Assembly: GCA_964016885.1 (NCBI GenBank)
Contig: OZ024744.1
Span: forward strand, 79,112,001-79,176,000
From: Eledone cirrhosa
Taxonomy: Eukaryota
DNA length: 64,000 bases
Direction of reading: 5' to 3'
Each line of letters begins with the position of its first letter. The stretch's first letter is position 1. A program made the translations under genes and the position numbers. The notes beneath the pieces were generated by a model. That model made no database searches and was not told where the DNA came from. It worked only from the letters and a program-made list of their open reading frames with translations. This document shows positions 62,765-64,000 of the stretch, piece after piece.

Positions 62765-64000
62765 ATCATCATCATCATCATCATCATCAGGTTTAGCGTC
62801 CGTGTTCCACGCTTGCATGGGTTTGGACGGGGGTTTTCCCACTTGAGGCAAGAGTGGTTGTCTTGCTCGCATAGGACTGTCTGGCGGGTTTTCTACAGTT
62901 GGATGCCCTTCCTAACACCAACCACATTTACAGTGTGGGGCTGGGAGGTTTTTACCGTGTTGCCTACACGGCCACATTACAGCGTGGACTGTCTGGCGGG
63001 TTTTCTACAGCTGGATGCCCTTCCTAACACCAACCACATTTACAGTGTGGGGCTGGGAGGTTTTTACCGTGTTGCCTACACGGCCACATTTACAGCGTGG
63101 ACTGTGTGTTTTTCTTAAAACAAATCATTTTCTACATTATACACTACACACAATGTTTCAAGTTATCTACATCATTCTAGTAAAAGACTATGTTAATGTG
63201 AATAAAGGGAAATATTCATTTTATATAACAAAAGTTACTTTGTAGGAATACATATAATTCTTTTTTTTTTAAATACATAAATTAGAAATAAGAGGGATCA
63301 GATGTTGTTTACTCGAGAGAAGGCTACGTTGGTACGGTCACGTGATGCGCATGAAAGACGACAGCTGTATAAAAAAGTGCAGGGCAATAAAGATAGACGG
63401 TAGCCATGGAGTAGGCAGACCCAGAAAAACCTGGGACGACATGATAAATTCCGACCTCACACGCTTACACCTCTCCAAGACAATGTCACTGGACCGAGAC
63501 CTTTGGCGGTACTCAGTAATAGAGAAGACCCGCCTTACCTAAATACAAAGTAAAAACCTACTACAGTCAGTAGCCATCTCTATCAAACCCCCCATCCACA
63601 CCGCCCCTTTCAATGTAAAGTTATGTTGGTGCCACAACATCCAGGCCGAAACAAATGAGATCGTGTAGGTGTCACAACAAAAAAACACACAGTTCACGCT
63701 GTAATGTGACCGTGTAGGCAACACGGTAAAAACCTCCCAGCCCCACACTGTAAATGTGGTTGGTGTTAGGAAGGGCATCCAGCTGTAGAAAACCCGCCAG
63801 ACAGTCCACGCTGTAATGTGGCCGTGTAGGCAACACGGTAAAAACCTCCCAGCCCCACACTGTAAATGTGGTTGGTGTTAGGAAGGGCATCCAGCTGTAG
63901 AAAACCCGCCAGACAGTCCACGCTGTAATGTGGCCGTGTAGGCAACACGGTAAAAACCTCCCAGCCCCACACTGTAAATGTGGTTGGTGTTAGGAAGGGC
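62765..64000. mobile_element. Two RTE 3' ends in opposite orientation with 120-bp tandem units
   Basis: 63300-63545 encodes RRLRWYGHVMR...GRPRKTW on +, followed by 120-bp repeats; 62765-63112 is the reverse-complement 3' UTR. Confidence 0.85.

Overview
AT-rich animal genomic DNA; the SINE/RTE repertoire looks like that of octopod cephalopods (inference). The whole window lies inside one large + strand gene, the HERC2 E3 ubiquitin ligase. I traced 27 consecutive GT-AG exons (6357-62407) with matching intron phases. They encode RCC1-like domain 1, the cytochrome b5-like domain and the MIB/HERC2 domain; both gene ends lie outside the window. The introns are packed with repeats: Penelope-like elements (Nematis- and Neptune-type) with inverted pseudo-LTRs, CR1, RTE and CRE LINE copies, tRNA-derived SINEs, a DD37D transposon, hAT/piggyBac/pogo/Ginger-like MITEs, Helitron-like elements and a 5.1 kb array of a 48-bp unit. 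Four signals stand out. (1) A set of type I hammerhead ribozyme motifs, several in inverted (foldback) arms, one of them sense-oriented about 115 nt upstream of a HERC2 acceptor and opposed by its own antisense copy. (2) Two apparently independent SINE insertions at the same nucleotide of a CR1 3' UTR. (3) Long inverted repeat pairs bracketing exons. (4) The internally structured minisatellite. All family assignments are from recalled motifs, not database searches.
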